Counted from the first letter of the stretch, positions 1-11,330 are shown. The stretch is DNA of 64,000 nt from Candidatus Omnitrophota bacterium (GCA_903901225.1 CAIUQE010000010.1:17911-81910); one strand, 5' to 3'. Notes: generated by a model from the sequence alone, not told the origin. Numbers and translations: made by a program.

Positions 1-707
1 GCATCCCCGCCGTGATGCGCATGATCAAGGACAAGATCCATGACGAACCCACGGTTTCGGGCAAGAGTGTCTACGACATCCTGGCGGGTGTCCGTTATTA
101 TGACCCTGAAGTGATAAAAACGCCGGCCGCGCCTGAACATAAGGAAGGCGGGATTGCCATCCTGCACGGTAACCTCGCGCCCGAAGGCGCTGTGGTGAAG
201 CAGTCGGCGGTTGACCCGGATATGCTGAATTTCACGGGCCGCGCCCGGGTGTTCGATTCCGAAGAGGATGCCATGGCGGCCATCCTGGACCGTAAGATCG
301 AAAAAGGCGATGTCGTGGTCATCCGTTACGAAGGCCCTGCCGGCGGTCCGGGGATGCGCGAGATGCTTTCGCCCACCGCGGCCATTGTCGGGCTTGGCCT
401 GCACAAGCACGTGGCGCTGGTCACGGATGGCAGGTTTTCCGGCGGAACGCGCGGCCCCTGCATCGGGCATATTTCCCCTGAAGCGGCCGCGGGTGGACTT
501 ATCGCGTATGTGAAGGAAGGCGACCTGATCGAGATCAACATTCCCGGAAAATCCATCCAGGTCAAGCTGACGGAGGCCGAGATCCAGGAACGCAAAAAGA
601 CCCAAACCATCCGGCCGCCCAAGGAAAAGAGCGGGTATCTGGCGCGTTACGCGAAGTTCGTCACATCGGCGTCCACCGGCGCGGTCTTCACGACGGATTT
701 CAGTTGA
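1..707 (+). CDS. ilvD: Dihydroxy-acid dehydratase, C-terminal part (5' end lies outside the window)
   Basis: ORF runs in frame from the window edge. C-terminal IlvD/EDD-family motifs ([13 protein letters not shown]...[18 protein letters not shown]). Ends at TGA 705-707. Confidence 0.8.
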   Translation, partial: IPAVMRMIKDKIHDEPTVSGKSVYDILAGVRYYDPEVIKTPAAPEHKEGGIAILHGNLAPEGAVVKQSAVDPDMLNFTGRARVFDSEEDAMAAILDRKIEKGDVVVIRYEGPAGGPGMREMLSPTAAIVGLGLHKHVALVTDGRFSGGTRGPCIGHISPEAAAGGLIAYVKEGDLIEINIPGKSIQVKLTEAEIQERKKTQTIRPPKEKSGYLARYAKFVTSASTGAVFTTDFS

Positions 708-795
708 CGCTTTGGGCACTTGGCGTATAATTCTATCTTCGAGATGTAAGTTCTTTTCATTCAAGCATTTATCGCACATGCACCAGCGGGGTCCT

Positions 796-3234
796 ATGAC
801 AAAGTCGAAAGATGTTTTTGGAGTAAAGGCAGATCTCGGGAAAGAAGATATCAAGTCCTCGTTCCAGGATATCCGCACGTATTACCTCGCCAAGAATGCC
901 CGTACGGCCACGTCCCTGGACAATTTCAACGCGTTGGCGCTGACGGTCCGTCACCGCATTGTTGAGCGCTGGATGAAGACGCAAACCGCCTACCATCAGG
1001 ATAACAGGCGCCGGGTTTATTATCTGTCCCTTGAATTTTTGATCGGCCGCCTGCTGGGCAATTACATGTTCAATCTCGGCAAGGAAAAAGATATCGAGGC
1101 CGCCATGCGCGAGCTGGATATCAACCTGGAAGACCTGCGCGGGCAGGAGCTCGACGCGGGCCTGGGCAATGGCGGGCTTGGCCGCCTGGCCGCGTGTTTC
1201 CTGGATTCCATGGCCACGCTGGGCATCCCGGCGTACGGGTACGGCATCCGTTATGATTACGGCATTTTCAACCAGAAGATCAAGGACGGCTGGCAGGTCG
1301 AGCTTCCCGATGAATGGCTGCGCAATGGCGATCCCTGGGAGATCCCGCGGCCTGAATACCAGGTGAAGGTCCTTTTTTACGGCAAGATCGATCATACCGC
1401 GCAGTTCGGCGCGCGCTGGGTCGGCGCGGAATCCGTTCTCGCCGTGCCTTACGATATCCCGATCCCGGGGTACAAGAACGACGTGGTCAATACCCTGCGC
1501 CTGTGGTCGGCCCGCGCGAACGACGAGTTCGATTTCGATTATTTCAACCACGGTGATTACGAGCACGCGGTCCAGAAAAAGATCTTCTCCGAGAGCATTT
1601 CCAAGGTCCTTTACCCTAATGACAATGTCAGCCAGGGCAAGGAACTGCGCCTGAAGCAGGAACATTTCTTTACGTCCGCCTCGATCGCGGACATTATCCG
1701 CCGGTACAAGGCGGATAACAAGGACATGCACAAGCTTTATGAGAAGGTCTGTATCCAGCTCAACGACACGCATCCGACGCTGGCCGTGCTCGAGCTGATG
1801 CGGGTTTTGATGGACCAGGAAGGTTTTACCTGGGAAGAGGCGTGGAATGTCGGCGGGCGTATTTTCGCCTACACCAACCACACGATCATGCCCGAAGCGC
1901 TGGAATGCTGGGCCATGGACCTCCTGGGGCGGGTCCTGCCGCGCCACCTGGAGATCGCGCTCGAGATCAACAGCCGTTTTCTCGCTGAAGTTGGCCTCAA
2001 GTTCCCGGGTGACAATGACCGCTTGCGGCGCATGTCCATCATCCAGGAAGGTGACCAGAAAAAAGTGCGCATGGCGCACATCGCCATTATCGGGAGTTTT
2101 TCGATCAATGGCGTATCCGCCCTGCACTCCGAGCTTTTGAAGTCACAGCTCTTCCGGGATTTTTATGAGATGTATCCCGAGCGCTTCAACAACAAGACCA
2201 ACGGCATCACCCCGCGCCGCTGGCTGCTGAAGGCCAATCCCAGGCTCTCGGAGCTCATCACGGAGAAGATCGGCGACAAATGGGTGACCGAGCTCGGTGA
2301 ATTGGAGAAGCTCCTCGCGCATAAGCAAGACCCTGAATTCCAGCGCCGCTGGCGCGCGGTGAAGCAGGCGAACAAGAACGCGCTGGCCGACCATATCCAG
2401 AAGACGATGGATATTGCCGTCAACCGCGAATCCCTTTTTGATGTCCAGGTCAAGCGCCTGCACGAGTACAAGCGCCAGTTCCTGTTCGGGCTTTACATCC
2501 TGTCGCAGTACCAGCAGGCCAGGAAAGACCCGAAGGCGTTCATCCAGCCGCGCACGTTCATCCTCGGCGGGAAAGCGGCGCCCGGATACCAGATGGCCAA
2601 GCTGATCATCAAGTTCCTCAACAGCATCGCGACGGTGCTCAACGATGACCGCGCCCTCCGCGACAAGCTGCGCCTGGTGTTCCTGGAGAATTACCGCGTG
2701 TCGCTGGCGGAAAAGATCATTCCTGCCGCCGACCTTTCGGAACAGATATCGACCGCGGGCATGGAGGCGTCGGGGACCGGGAACATGAAGTTCATGCTCA
2801 ACGGCGCTCTGACCATCGGCACGTACGACGGGGCGAATATCGAGATGGCCCAGAGCCTGGAGAACAAGGATATTTTCATTTTTGGTTTGAGGGCCCCCGA
2901 GGTCCTGGCGCTGCGGGCGAAAGGTTACGTGCCGCGCGCGATCATCCAGGCGAACCCCCGGTTGCGTTCGCTTTTCGAGTTGATGGAGAACGATCTTCTC
3001 TCGCCCGGCCAGCCCGGGATGTTCGACCCGCTGCTTCACACCATCTATGACGGCGATTTTTTCATGCTGTGCGCCGATTTCGAGGCATATTGCCGTGCCC
3101 AGGAAGACGTGTCAACGCTCTACCGGGACCAGGAGGCATGGACGCGTTCGTCGATCATCAATGTGGCCAAGGCCGGCCCGTTCTCGAGCGACCGCACCAT
3201 CCGGGAATATGCCAGGGATATCTGGAAGGTCTAA
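796..3234 (+). CDS. glgP: Glycogen/alpha-glucan phosphorylase (GT35)
   Basis: ~810 aa. Pyridoxal-phosphate lysine motif EASGTGNMKFMLNGALTIGTYDGANIEM and LGNGGLGRLAACFLDS. In-frame ATGs at 778 and 796 lie inside the track ORF that starts at 712; I chose 796. Confidence 0.9.
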   Translation: MTKSKDVFGVKADLGKEDIKSSFQDIRTYYLAKNARTATSLDNFNALALTVRHRIVERWMKTQTAYHQDNRRRVYYLSLEFLIGRLLGNYMFNLGKEKDIEAAMRELDINLEDLRGQELDAGLGNGGLGRLAACFLDSMATLGIPAYGYGIRYDYGIFNQKIKDGWQVELPDEWLRNGDPWEIPRPEYQVKVLFYGKIDHTAQFGARWVGAESVLAVPYDIPIPGYKNDVVNTLRLWSARANDEFDFDYFNHGDYEHAVQKKIFSESISKVLYPNDNVSQGKELRLKQEHFFTSASIADIIRRYKADNKDMHKLYEKVCIQLNDTHPTLAVLELMRVLMDQEGFTWEEAWNVGGRIFAYTNHTIMPEALECWAMDLLGRVLPRHLEIALEINSRFLAEVGLKFPGDNDRLRRMSIIQEGDQKKVRMAHIAIIGSFSINGVSALHSELLKSQLFRDFYEMYPERFNNKTNGITPRRWLLKANPRLSELITEKIGDKWVTELGELEKLLAHKQDPEFQRRWRAVKQANKNALADHIQKTMDIAVNRESLFDVQVKRLHEYKRQFLFGLYILSQYQQARKDPKAFIQPRTFILGGKAAPGYQMAKLIIKFLNSIATVLNDDRALRDKLRLVFLENYRVSLAEKIIPAADLSEQISTAGMEASGTGNMKFMLNGALTIGTYDGANIEMAQSLENKDIFIFGLRAPEVLALRAKGYVPRAIIQANPRLRSLFELMENDLLSPGQPGMFDPLLHTIYDGDFFMLCADFEAYCRAQEDVSTLYRDQEAWTRSSIINVAKAGPFSSDRTIREYARDIWKV

Positions 3235-3237
3235 CGC

Positions 3238-5280
3238 ATGAGCCATTCGGACAACGCACAGGGGGATAACATGGGAGCCACAGCCGTTCCGTCGCGAAAA
3301 AAAACAAAAGCCACGCCGCAAGCCAAGCCGGCATTGAAGAAGGAAGTTCCGGCGGAAGTCAGGGCGAATGCCGCGCAGCCTTCCGCGAAAGGCAGCGATA
3401 TCACGGCATTTGACGCGCATATCTGGAAAGAGGGCAACCACTTCAACCTTTACGACAAGTTGGGCGCGCAGATCATGGAGCAGGGCGGCCACAAAGGCGT
3501 CAGGTTCGCGGTCTGGGCGCCGAACGCGGATAAAGTATCGGTTATCGGCGATTTCAATGGGTGGAACAAGACGGCGACGCCGCTATTCATGCGTGAGGAC
3601 GGCACGGGCATCTGGGAAGGTTTTGTGCCGAATATCGGCCACGGACAGTCGTACAAGTACGCGATCCGTTCGCGCCAGGGCTGGGAACTGGAGAAGGCTG
3701 ACCCTGTCGGCTTCCATACCGAGGTGCCTCCGAAATCCGCTTCCATCGTCTGGGATATCAGCTACGCCTGGAATGACCAGGCCTGGATGGCGAAGCGCCA
3801 GAAGCTCAACGCGCATGACCGGCCGATCTCTGTTTATGAGGTGCACCTGGGGTCCTGGATGCGTTCTCCCGATGAAGGCCACCGGTCATTGACGTACGTG
3901 GAGCTGGCCGACAAGCTCGTCGGGTATGTCGCCAAAATGGGTTACACGCACGTCGAGCTGATGCCCGTGATGGCGCACCCGTTCCAGGGGTCGTGGGGTT
4001 ACCAGACCCTCGGTTATTTCGCGCCCGCGTCGTTCTTCGGGTCGCCGCAGGATCTGATGTATCTTATCGACAAGTTCCACCATAATGACATCGCCGTGAT
4101 CCTTGACTGGGTGCCGTCGCACTTTCCCAATGACGGCCACGGCCTTTACAAATTTGACGGGACGCATCTCTACGAGCATGAGGACCAGCGCAAGGGGTTC
4201 CATCCCGACTGGAAAAGCTCGATCTTCAATTACGGGCGCGTCGAGGTGAAGAGCTTCCTCACGTCGAGCGCCGTTTTCTGGTGCGACAAATACCACGCCG
4301 ACGGCCTGCGCGTTGACGGCGTGGCGTCCATGCTGTACCTGGATTATTCCCGCCAGGAAGGCGAGTGGATCCCCAACTGCTACGGCGGGCGCGAGAACCT
4401 GGAGGCCATCCATTTCCTCCAGCGGCTCAACGAGGTCGTGTACGGCGCTCATCCGGGGATCCAGATGATCGCCGAGGAATCGACGGCGTGGACCAAGGTG
4501 TCCAAGCCCGTCTGGGACGGGGGGCTGGGGTTCGGGTTCAAGTGGAACATGGGCTGGATGCACGACACCCTGATGTATTTCTCGAAGGACCCGGTCCATC
4601 GCAAGTTCCACCATAACCAGCTGACCTTCGGCCTGCTTTACGCCTTCACCGAGAATTTCATGATGTCGTTGTCGCATGACGAGGTGGTGCACGGCAAGGG
4701 CGCCTTGCTGCGCAAGATGCCGGGGGATGAGTGGCAGAAATTCGCCAACTTGAGGCTGCTGTTCGGTTACATGTTCGGCCAGCCCGGCAAGAAGCTGCAT
4801 TTCATGGGCGGTGAATTCGGGCAGTGGGACGAGTGGTGCTATGAGAAAAGCCTGGACTGGCATCTGCTGGAATGGGATCCGCACAAGGGCGCGCAGCGCT
4901 GGATGCAGGATCTGAACGCGATGTACCGGCGCGAGCCCGCGCTTTACGAGGATGATTTTTCCGGCAACGGTTTTGAATGGATCGATTGCGGCGACTGGGA
5001 GAACAGCGTGCTGCTTTTCCTGCGCAAGACCGCGGACCGTTCGCAGGATGTGCTCGTCGTGTGCAATTTCACGCCTGTCGTGCGGGAATACCGCGTGGGC
5101 GTGCCCCATGGCGGGATGTGGCGGGAATTGCTCAATTCCGACGGCAAGGAATATTGGGGGGGCGGCATCGGCAACGGCGGCCGCGTCCATACGGACCCTG
5201 TCGGGGCACATGGCCGGGGCCAGTCGCTGTGGCTCAAGCTGCCGCCGCTGGGCGTTATTTTCCTGAAACGTGAGGCATGA
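3238..5280 (+). CDS. glgB: 1,4-alpha-glucan branching enzyme (GH13)
   Basis: 680 aa. GH13 catalytic regions (DWVPSHFP, GLRVDGVASMLYLDYSR, FMGGEFGQWDEW) after a Lys/Ala-rich N-terminal extension. Starts 4 nt after the glgP stop. Confidence 0.9.
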   Translation: MSHSDNAQGDNMGATAVPSRKKTKATPQAKPALKKEVPAEVRANAAQPSAKGSDITAFDAHIWKEGNHFNLYDKLGAQIMEQGGHKGVRFAVWAPNADKVSVIGDFNGWNKTATPLFMREDGTGIWEGFVPNIGHGQSYKYAIRSRQGWELEKADPVGFHTEVPPKSASIVWDISYAWNDQAWMAKRQKLNAHDRPISVYEVHLGSWMRSPDEGHRSLTYVELADKLVGYVAKMGYTHVELMPVMAHPFQGSWGYQTLGYFAPASFFGSPQDLMYLIDKFHHNDIAVILDWVPSHFPNDGHGLYKFDGTHLYEHEDQRKGFHPDWKSSIFNYGRVEVKSFLTSSAVFWCDKYHADGLRVDGVASMLYLDYSRQEGEWIPNCYGGRENLEAIHFLQRLNEVVYGAHPGIQMIAEESTAWTKVSKPVWDGGLGFGFKWNMGWMHDTLMYFSKDPVHRKFHHNQLTFGLLYAFTENFMMSLSHDEVVHGKGALLRKMPGDEWQKFANLRLLFGYMFGQPGKKLHFMGGEFGQWDEWCYEKSLDWHLLEWDPHKGAQRWMQDLNAMYRREPALYEDDFSGNGFEWIDCGDWENSVLLFLRKTADRSQDVLVVCNFTPVVREYRVGVPHGGMWRELLNSDGKEYWGGGIGNGGRVHTDPVGAHGRGQSLWLKLPPLGVIFLKREA

Positions 5281-5325
5281 GGAACGGCCCGGGGCGCGAC
5301 GCCGGCCGGGCCGTAAGGGATATTC

Positions 5326-7752
5326 ATGAATAGATACATTTGCATCCACGGGCATTTTTACCAGCCGCCGCGCGAGAACCCGTGGCTGGAGGCGGTGGAA
5401 CAGCAGGAATCCGCCCAGCCGTACCACGACTGGAACCAGCGCATCACGGCGGAATGCTACGCCCGCAACGGCGCGTCCCGCGTCCTTGACAGCGACGGGC
5501 GCATCCGCGAGATCGTCAACAATTATTCCAAGATCAGTTTTAATATCGGGCCCACGCTCCTCTCCTGGATGGAGGCGAAGGACCCGGACGCCTACCGGGC
5601 GATCCTTGAGGCGGACCGGCTGAGCCTGGAACGTTTTTCAGGGCACGGCGCGGCCATGGCCCAGGTCTATAACCACATCATCATGCCGCTGGCTTCGACG
5701 CGCGACAAGCGCACCCAGGTCATCTGGGGGATCCGCGACTTTGAACGGCGTTACCGCCGCAGGCCCGAGGGCATGTGGCTCGCCGAGACGGCCGTCGACG
5801 TGGAAAGCCTGGACATCATGGCCGAGCAGGGCATCCTTTTCACCGTGCTGGCGCCCCACCAGGCCCGGCGCGCGAAGAAGCTGACCGAAAAACGCGCCTG
5901 GGACCCGGCGGACGAGGAGAACATCGACCTGCGCCGCCCCTACCTGTGCAAGCTGCCGTCGGGGCGGACCATCGCGGTCTTCTTTTATGACGGGCCGGTC
6001 TCCCGCGCGGTGGCGTTCGAGGGGCTCCTGCATAACGGCGAATCGCTGGCCAACCGCCTTCTGGGGGCGTTCGACCGCCACGGCTCAGGCAACCAGCTGG
6101 TCCATATTGCCACCGATGGGGAATCTTACGGGCATCATCACAAGTTTGGCGACATGGCCCTTGCCTACGCGCTGTATTACCTGGAACAGAACAACCGCGC
6201 GAAGTTGACGGTCTACGGCGAGTACCTGGAAAAGAACCTGCCGCAGTACGAGGTTGAGGTCGTCGAGAACAGTTCCTGGAGCTGCATGCACGGGATCGAG
6301 CGCTGGCGCGACAACTGCGGCTGCAATTCCGGCGGGAAGCCCGGGTGGAACCAGGAATGGCGCGCGCCGCTGCGCAAGGCGCTGGATTTCCTGCGTGACC
6401 GCACGGCCGAGGTCTACGCGCGCGAAATGCAGAGCTTCGTGAAGGACCCCTGGGCCGTGCGCGACGCCTACATCCAGGTGATCCTCGACCGCAGCCGGAC
6501 TAACGTCGAGCGGTTCCTGACGCAGCAGATCGGCAAGGACCTGCCCATGGCGGATAAGAACAGGATATTGCGCTGCCTTGAGATGCAGCGCAACGCGCAG
6601 CTCATGTACACCAGTTGCGGGTGGTTCTTTGACGACATTTCCGGCATCGAGACCATCCAGATCATCAAGTACGCCGCGCGCCTGATCCAGCTTGTGCGGC
6701 GGGTGGCCGATGAGGACCTTGAGCTCGCGTTCCTGGAAATGATCGGCAAGGCTAAAAGCAACGCGCCCGAAGCCAATAACGGGGCGCGGATCTATAAAAT
6801 TTACGTCGAGCCGTCGATCGTCGATATCCTGCGCGTGGGCGCGCATTACGCCATGACCTCGCTGTACGAGGACCTCGGGCCCGAGGCCGGGATGTACTGT
6901 TTCACGGTGCGCCGCAAGGCGTATGAGAAACAGGTCATCGGCAAGATGACGCTCATCGTGGGCCGGGCCGAGATCATGTCCGAGATCACCTGGACGTCGT
7001 TCGACGTTTACTTCGCCGTGCTGCACCTCGGCGACCATAATTTTGTCTGCGGCGTTGATTATTTCAAGGACGCGGCCGTTTTTGAACGGTTGCGCAAGGA
7101 GATCGGCGGGATATTCAACGAGGGGGATGTGCCGCGCTCCATCCAGGCCATCAGCCGGTATTTCGGCGCCAAAAATTATTCCCTGTGGCATCTTTTTCAT
7201 CATGAACAGCAGATGGTCCTGGAGCGTATTTTCCAGAACACCATGAACGAGGTCGAGTCCTCGTTCCGCCATATTTATGAGGACCATTTCGCGCTGATCC
7301 GCATGTTGCACGAGAATCGCATCCCCCTGCCGAAAACGCTGGGGAGCGTGGCGGAATTCGTGTTCAACTGCGACCTTGGCCGCCTCCTGGGCGAGCCGGA
7401 GATATCCGTCGAGAAGCTGCAGCGGCTCGCGCGCGAGATCCGCACCTGGCCGTTCAAGCGCGACAGGGCGGGGCTTGATTTTGTCGTCGCCGCGCGGGTC
7501 AGCGCGATGATGGCGCGCATCGCGGCGCGGCCTGAAGATGTTGCCGCGATCGAGCACGCCACCCAGATCATCCGCCTCTTCCTGGAGTTGCGCCTTGAGG
7601 TCGACCTCTGGAAAGCCCAGAATATCTTTTACGCCGTGGCGCAGAACCTTTACCGTGACCGGCGCGACGAGGTGGAATATGACGCGTTCGCGAAGCGCTG
7701 GGTGACCGCGTTCGAGGCGCTGGCGGAACTCCTGAAAGTGAGGGTGGGTTGA
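5326..7752 (+). CDS. Glycoside hydrolase family 57 protein with long C-terminal extension (DUF3536-like)
   Basis: N-terminus HGHFYQPPRENPWLEAVEQQ is the GH57 signature. ATDGESYGHHHKFGDMALAYAL matches the GH57 catalytic region. 808 aa. Confidence 0.8.
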   Translation: MNRYICIHGHFYQPPRENPWLEAVEQQESAQPYHDWNQRITAECYARNGASRVLDSDGRIREIVNNYSKISFNIGPTLLSWMEAKDPDAYRAILEADRLSLERFSGHGAAMAQVYNHIIMPLASTRDKRTQVIWGIRDFERRYRRRPEGMWLAETAVDVESLDIMAEQGILFTVLAPHQARRAKKLTEKRAWDPADEENIDLRRPYLCKLPSGRTIAVFFYDGPVSRAVAFEGLLHNGESLANRLLGAFDRHGSGNQLVHIATDGESYGHHHKFGDMALAYALYYLEQNNRAKLTVYGEYLEKNLPQYEVEVVENSSWSCMHGIERWRDNCGCNSGGKPGWNQEWRAPLRKALDFLRDRTAEVYAREMQSFVKDPWAVRDAYIQVILDRSRTNVERFLTQQIGKDLPMADKNRILRCLEMQRNAQLMYTSCGWFFDDISGIETIQIIKYAARLIQLVRRVADEDLELAFLEMIGKAKSNAPEANNGARIYKIYVEPSIVDILRVGAHYAMTSLYEDLGPEAGMYCFTVRRKAYEKQVIGKMTLIVGRAEIMSEITWTSFDVYFAVLHLGDHNFVCGVDYFKDAAVFERLRKEIGGIFNEGDVPRSIQAISRYFGAKNYSLWHLFHHEQQMVLERIFQNTMNEVESSFRHIYEDHFALIRMLHENRIPLPKTLGSVAEFVFNCDLGRLLGEPEISVEKLQRLAREIRTWPFKRDRAGLDFVVAARVSAMMARIAARPEDVAAIEHATQIIRLFLELRLEVDLWKAQNIFYAVAQNLYRDRRDEVEYDAFAKRWVTAFEALAELLKVRVG

Positions 7753-9284
7753 TGGCGGCGGGCGTCATTGATATCGGGTCCAATTCCATCAAGCTCCTCA
7801 TCGGCGAACCGGCCGACGGGGGGATCATGATCCTGGAGTCTTTGAAGAACGTCGTGCCGATCGGCCGTTCGACGTTCCTCAAAGGGCAGATCTCGCAGGA
7901 GCCGATCAACCTCACGATCAGCACGCTGGAAAAGTACAAGAAGGTCCTCAAGGAATACAGCGTCACCCAGGTCTTCGTGATCGCCACCACCGCGGTGCGC
8001 GAGGCGGCCAACCGCAATATCTTCATCGATACCGTGCGGCGCAAGACGGGCCTGGAGATCGACGTCCTCAATGTCGGCGACATTGTTTATTACATTGACG
8101 CCTATATTTCCCACAAGCTAAAGGATTCCTACCCGGTGCACAACAAGAACCTCCTGATCGGCGAGATGGGGGCGGGTAGCCTGGACATTTCACTCCTGAA
8201 GAAGGGCTTTACGCTGACCAACATGGGGCTGGCGCTGGGGGCGCTGCGTTTCAAGCAGATCCTCAGCCGCGTGGACGGCAGCCGGGAGGAGCTCGCGGAA
8301 GCGATCCAGGAATACATTGCCAACGAATTCGCCTATTTCCGCAGCCGCCTGCCGCGCGTGCACGTGGACGATATTTTCCTTATCGATGAGAACCAGGAAT
8401 TCCTCAAGGCCATCCTGCCCAACAAGCAGGTGTCGACGAATTTTTTCCAGTTCACGGTGACCGACGTTGAACGCATCATCGGCGAGCTCTCGTCGAAGGG
8501 GCCTGAGGAGATCGCCCGCGCCTATGACCTGCCGCTGGAGAACGCCGACACGCTGTTGCCGTACATGATCATCCTGAAGATGTTCTTTTCCCTGACGCAG
8601 AACCCGCACGTCTATATCCTGGAAACATCGCTCGCGGAGGCGGTGCTGGCCAACAAGGTGATGGGCCTCGAGCTTTCCAAGCGCTACAACAAGTCCAACC
8701 AGCTTCTGGCGGTCGCGCAATCGATCTGCGAGCAGTACAATGTCAACATTGACCATGCCAAGCACGTGGCGCATCTCGCGGGGGTCCTGTTCGCCGGGCT
8801 GGCCGCCCACCTGGGCCTTGAAGAGAACGAGCTGTTGTACCTGTCGCTGGCCGCGTATCTGCACGATATCGGCAAGTTCATCTCCAACCGCTCGCACCAC
8901 AAGCATTCGGAGTACATCATCAATTCCCTGAACCTTTTTCGCCTGACCGACGAGGAGATCAAGATGATCGCCTGCGTGGCGCGCTACCACCGCCGCGGCG
9001 ACCCGTCCAAATCGCACCTTGTCTACAACAGCCTCGCGGAGGACAAGCAGATCGTGGTGCAGAAACTGGCCTCATTGCTGCGCATGGCCAATGCCCTCGA
9101 CCACGCCTACCTGCAGAAGGCGAAAGCCCTCAAGGTCGTGAACCCGGAAAAGGCCGAGATCACCATCGAAGTGTCCACCCGGGAGAATTTTTTGCTGGAG
9201 AAAGCGGAGTTCAACGAGAAAAAAGAGCTGTTCGAGCGCATCACCGGCAACCGCGTTAAACTGAGCATCAACGAGAATTTCTGA
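7749..9284 (+). CDS. ppx: Exopolyphosphatase / guanosine pentaphosphate phosphohydrolase (Ppx/GppA)
   Basis: N-terminal actin-like fold (VIDIGSNSIKLLIGE) and C-terminal HD region (YLHDIGKFISNRSHHKHSEYII). Overlaps the GH57 stop by 4 nt. Confidence 0.85.
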   Translation: MMAAGVIDIGSNSIKLLIGEPADGGIMILESLKNVVPIGRSTFLKGQISQEPINLTISTLEKYKKVLKEYSVTQVFVIATTAVREAANRNIFIDTVRRKTGLEIDVLNVGDIVYYIDAYISHKLKDSYPVHNKNLLIGEMGAGSLDISLLKKGFTLTNMGLALGALRFKQILSRVDGSREELAEAIQEYIANEFAYFRSRLPRVHVDDIFLIDENQEFLKAILPNKQVSTNFFQFTVTDVERIIGELSSKGPEEIARAYDLPLENADTLLPYMIILKMFFSLTQNPHVYILETSLAEAVLANKVMGLELSKRYNKSNQLLAVAQSICEQYNVNIDHAKHVAHLAGVLFAGLAAHLGLEENELLYLSLAAYLHDIGKFISNRSHHKHSEYIINSLNLFRLTDEEIKMIACVARYHRRGDPSKSHLVYNSLAEDKQIVVQKLASLLRMANALDHAYLQKAKALKVVNPEKAEITIEVSTRENFLLEKAEFNEKKELFERITGNRVKLSINENF

Positions 9285-9286
9285 CC

Positions 9287-11314
9287 ATGACCGCAGCCCC
9301 TCTGGAAGACCAGGACAAGTTCATCCATCGCGATCTTAGCTGGCTATTGTTCAACGAGCGCGTCCTTGACGAGTCGCTGGACGCCGACAATCCCTTGCTG
9401 GAACGGGCCCGGTTCGTCGCCATCTTCATGAACAATCTCGATGAGTTCCTGATGGTGCGTTACGCGGCGCTCAAGAGCCTCATCGCGGCGCAGTATAACC
9501 GCAAGGATGTTTACGGGTATTATCCCCAGGACCTCTACCGCGAGGTCCGCACGCGGGTGGAGGAGTTGACGCAAAAGGCCTGCCGCATTTATGACGAGAA
9601 GCTTAAAGTCCAGCTGGCCGCGGAGAAAATACTGCTGCGCCGGGCCGCCGACCTGAACCCGGACCAGCAGAAATTCGTGAAGCGTTATTTTGACGCGACG
9701 CTCTACCCGGTCATTACGCCCATGGCCATTGATCAGGGGCACCCGTTCCCGGTCCTGGCGTCCAAGACCATTTCTTTTGCCGTCCACCTGGAGCGTAAAG
9801 GCGAGATGTACCTCGCGGTCATCCCCGTGCCGGCGAACCTGCCGCGGCTCGTGAAGCTGCCTTCGGCCAAGGACGGGTACGAGTTCATCCTCATTGACGA
9901 GATCCTGCGCGACAACCTGAAGAATTTTTTCCGCGGGCACGAGATCAAGAGTGCCGCGCTGTTCCGCATCATCCGCGACAGCGAACTTTCCGTTGATGAG
10001 GAATTTTCGCCGAATTTGCTCAAGTCCATCGAGGAGGGGGTCCGCAAGCGCCCCCGCGCCAAGGTCGTCACGCTGACCGTCGAAAAAGGCTGCACCGAAG
10101 GTCTGCTTGACGCCTTGACGGAAGCCCTGGCTTTCCCGAAGGAAGAGGTGACCTTCGTCCAGGGAGAAATGGACCTGACGTACCTTTTCCAGCTGGCCGG
10201 CCAGGTGCCCGAGGCGAAGTTGTTCTACCCCGTGCACGTGCCCGCCAAGCCTGTTTATGAGAACATTTTCGACCGCATTCGGGAAAGTGACATGCTCGTG
10301 CACGTCCCTTACCAGTCATTCCAGCCAACGGTAGACCTGATCAAGACAGCAGCGTCGGACCCTGCCGTGCTGGCGATCAAGATGACGCTCTACCGCGCCA
10401 GCGACGATTCCGAGATCGTGTCGGCCCTCAAGCTGGCGGCCAAGAACCGCAAGCAGGTGACCGTCCTGGTGGAGATCAAGGCGCGTTTCGACGAGGAGCG
10501 CAATATCGGCTGGGCCCGCCAGCTCGAGGAGGCCGGCTGCCACGTGATCTACGGCATCGCGGGGATGAAGATCCATTCCAAGATCACGCTCATCGTCCGC
10601 CGCGAAGAGGACCGCACGCGCCGCTACGTCCATCTGTCAACGGGGAATTACAACGAGAACACCGCGAAGGTCTACACGGACGTCGGCTATTTCACCTGCA
10701 ACGATGATTTTGCGCGCGACATATCGGACGTTTTCAACGTCATCACCGGGTATTCGCAGCCCGCGCGCTGGAAACGCGTGATCTCATCGCCCTATGACCT
10801 GCGGGAGTATTTCTTTGAGCTCATCGACAAGGAGATCGCGTTCCAGAAAGAGCACAAGAACGGTTTTATTTTCGCGAAAATGAACTCTCTCGAAGACGTC
10901 AAGATCATCGAGAAGCTCTATGAGGCCTCACGCGCCGGGGTGAAGGTGAGACTCATCGTGCGGGGCATCTGCGTCCTTTTGCCCGGCGTGCCCGGCCTCA
11001 GCGAAACGATCAAGGTCAAGAGCATCGTCGGAAGGTTCCTGGAGCATTCGCGGATATTCCTTTTCAACAACAATACGGACAACCGCGTGTTCCTCTCTTC
11101 GGCGGACTGGATGAGCCGGAATTTCGACCGCCGCATCGAGCTTATGTTCGAGATCTACACGGAAGATTTCAAGGAACGGCTGCGCAACATCCTTGAAGCC
11201 TGCTGGAAGGACAACCAGAAGGCGCGCGTGCTTCAGCCGCAGAAAACTTATTCGTTCGCCAGGGCGTCGAAGGAAAAATTCAGCGTCCAGGACGAGTTCC
11301 TGAAAACACCTTAA
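9287..11314 (+). CDS. ppk: Polyphosphate kinase 1
   Basis: 675 aa. PPK1 N-domain (FMNNLDEFLMVRYAALK), two PLD-like C domains (HSKITLIVRRE, FLEHSRIFLFNN). Confidence 0.9.
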   Translation: MTAAPLEDQDKFIHRDLSWLLFNERVLDESLDADNPLLERARFVAIFMNNLDEFLMVRYAALKSLIAAQYNRKDVYGYYPQDLYREVRTRVEELTQKACRIYDEKLKVQLAAEKILLRRAADLNPDQQKFVKRYFDATLYPVITPMAIDQGHPFPVLASKTISFAVHLERKGEMYLAVIPVPANLPRLVKLPSAKDGYEFILIDEILRDNLKNFFRGHEIKSAALFRIIRDSELSVDEEFSPNLLKSIEEGVRKRPRAKVVTLTVEKGCTEGLLDALTEALAFPKEEVTFVQGEMDLTYLFQLAGQVPEAKLFYPVHVPAKPVYENIFDRIRESDMLVHVPYQSFQPTVDLIKTAASDPAVLAIKMTLYRASDDSEIVSALKLAAKNRKQVTVLVEIKARFDEERNIGWARQLEEAGCHVIYGIAGMKIHSKITLIVRREEDRTRRYVHLSTGNYNENTAKVYTDVGYFTCNDDFARDISDVFNVITGYSQPARWKRVISSPYDLREYFFELIDKEIAFQKEHKNGFIFAKMNSLEDVKIIEKLYEASRAGVKVRLIVRGICVLLPGVPGLSETIKVKSIVGRFLEHSRIFLFNNNTDNRVFLSSADWMSRNFDRRIELMFEIYTEDFKERLRNILEACWKDNQKARVLQPQKTYSFARASKEKFSVQDEFLKTP

Positions 11315-11330
11315 CCCGGGTCATTGCGCC

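Noticed and set aside
769-2127. 452-aa ORF on the minus strand
   Set aside because: Entirely antisense to the well-supported glgP. No recognisable domains. Typical GC-driven open frame.
3886-5427. 513-aa minus-strand ORF
   Set aside because: Antisense to glgB. Pro/Arg/Ala-rich low-complexity translation.
6085-7557. 490-aa minus-strand ORF
   Set aside because: Antisense to the GH57 gene. No motifs.
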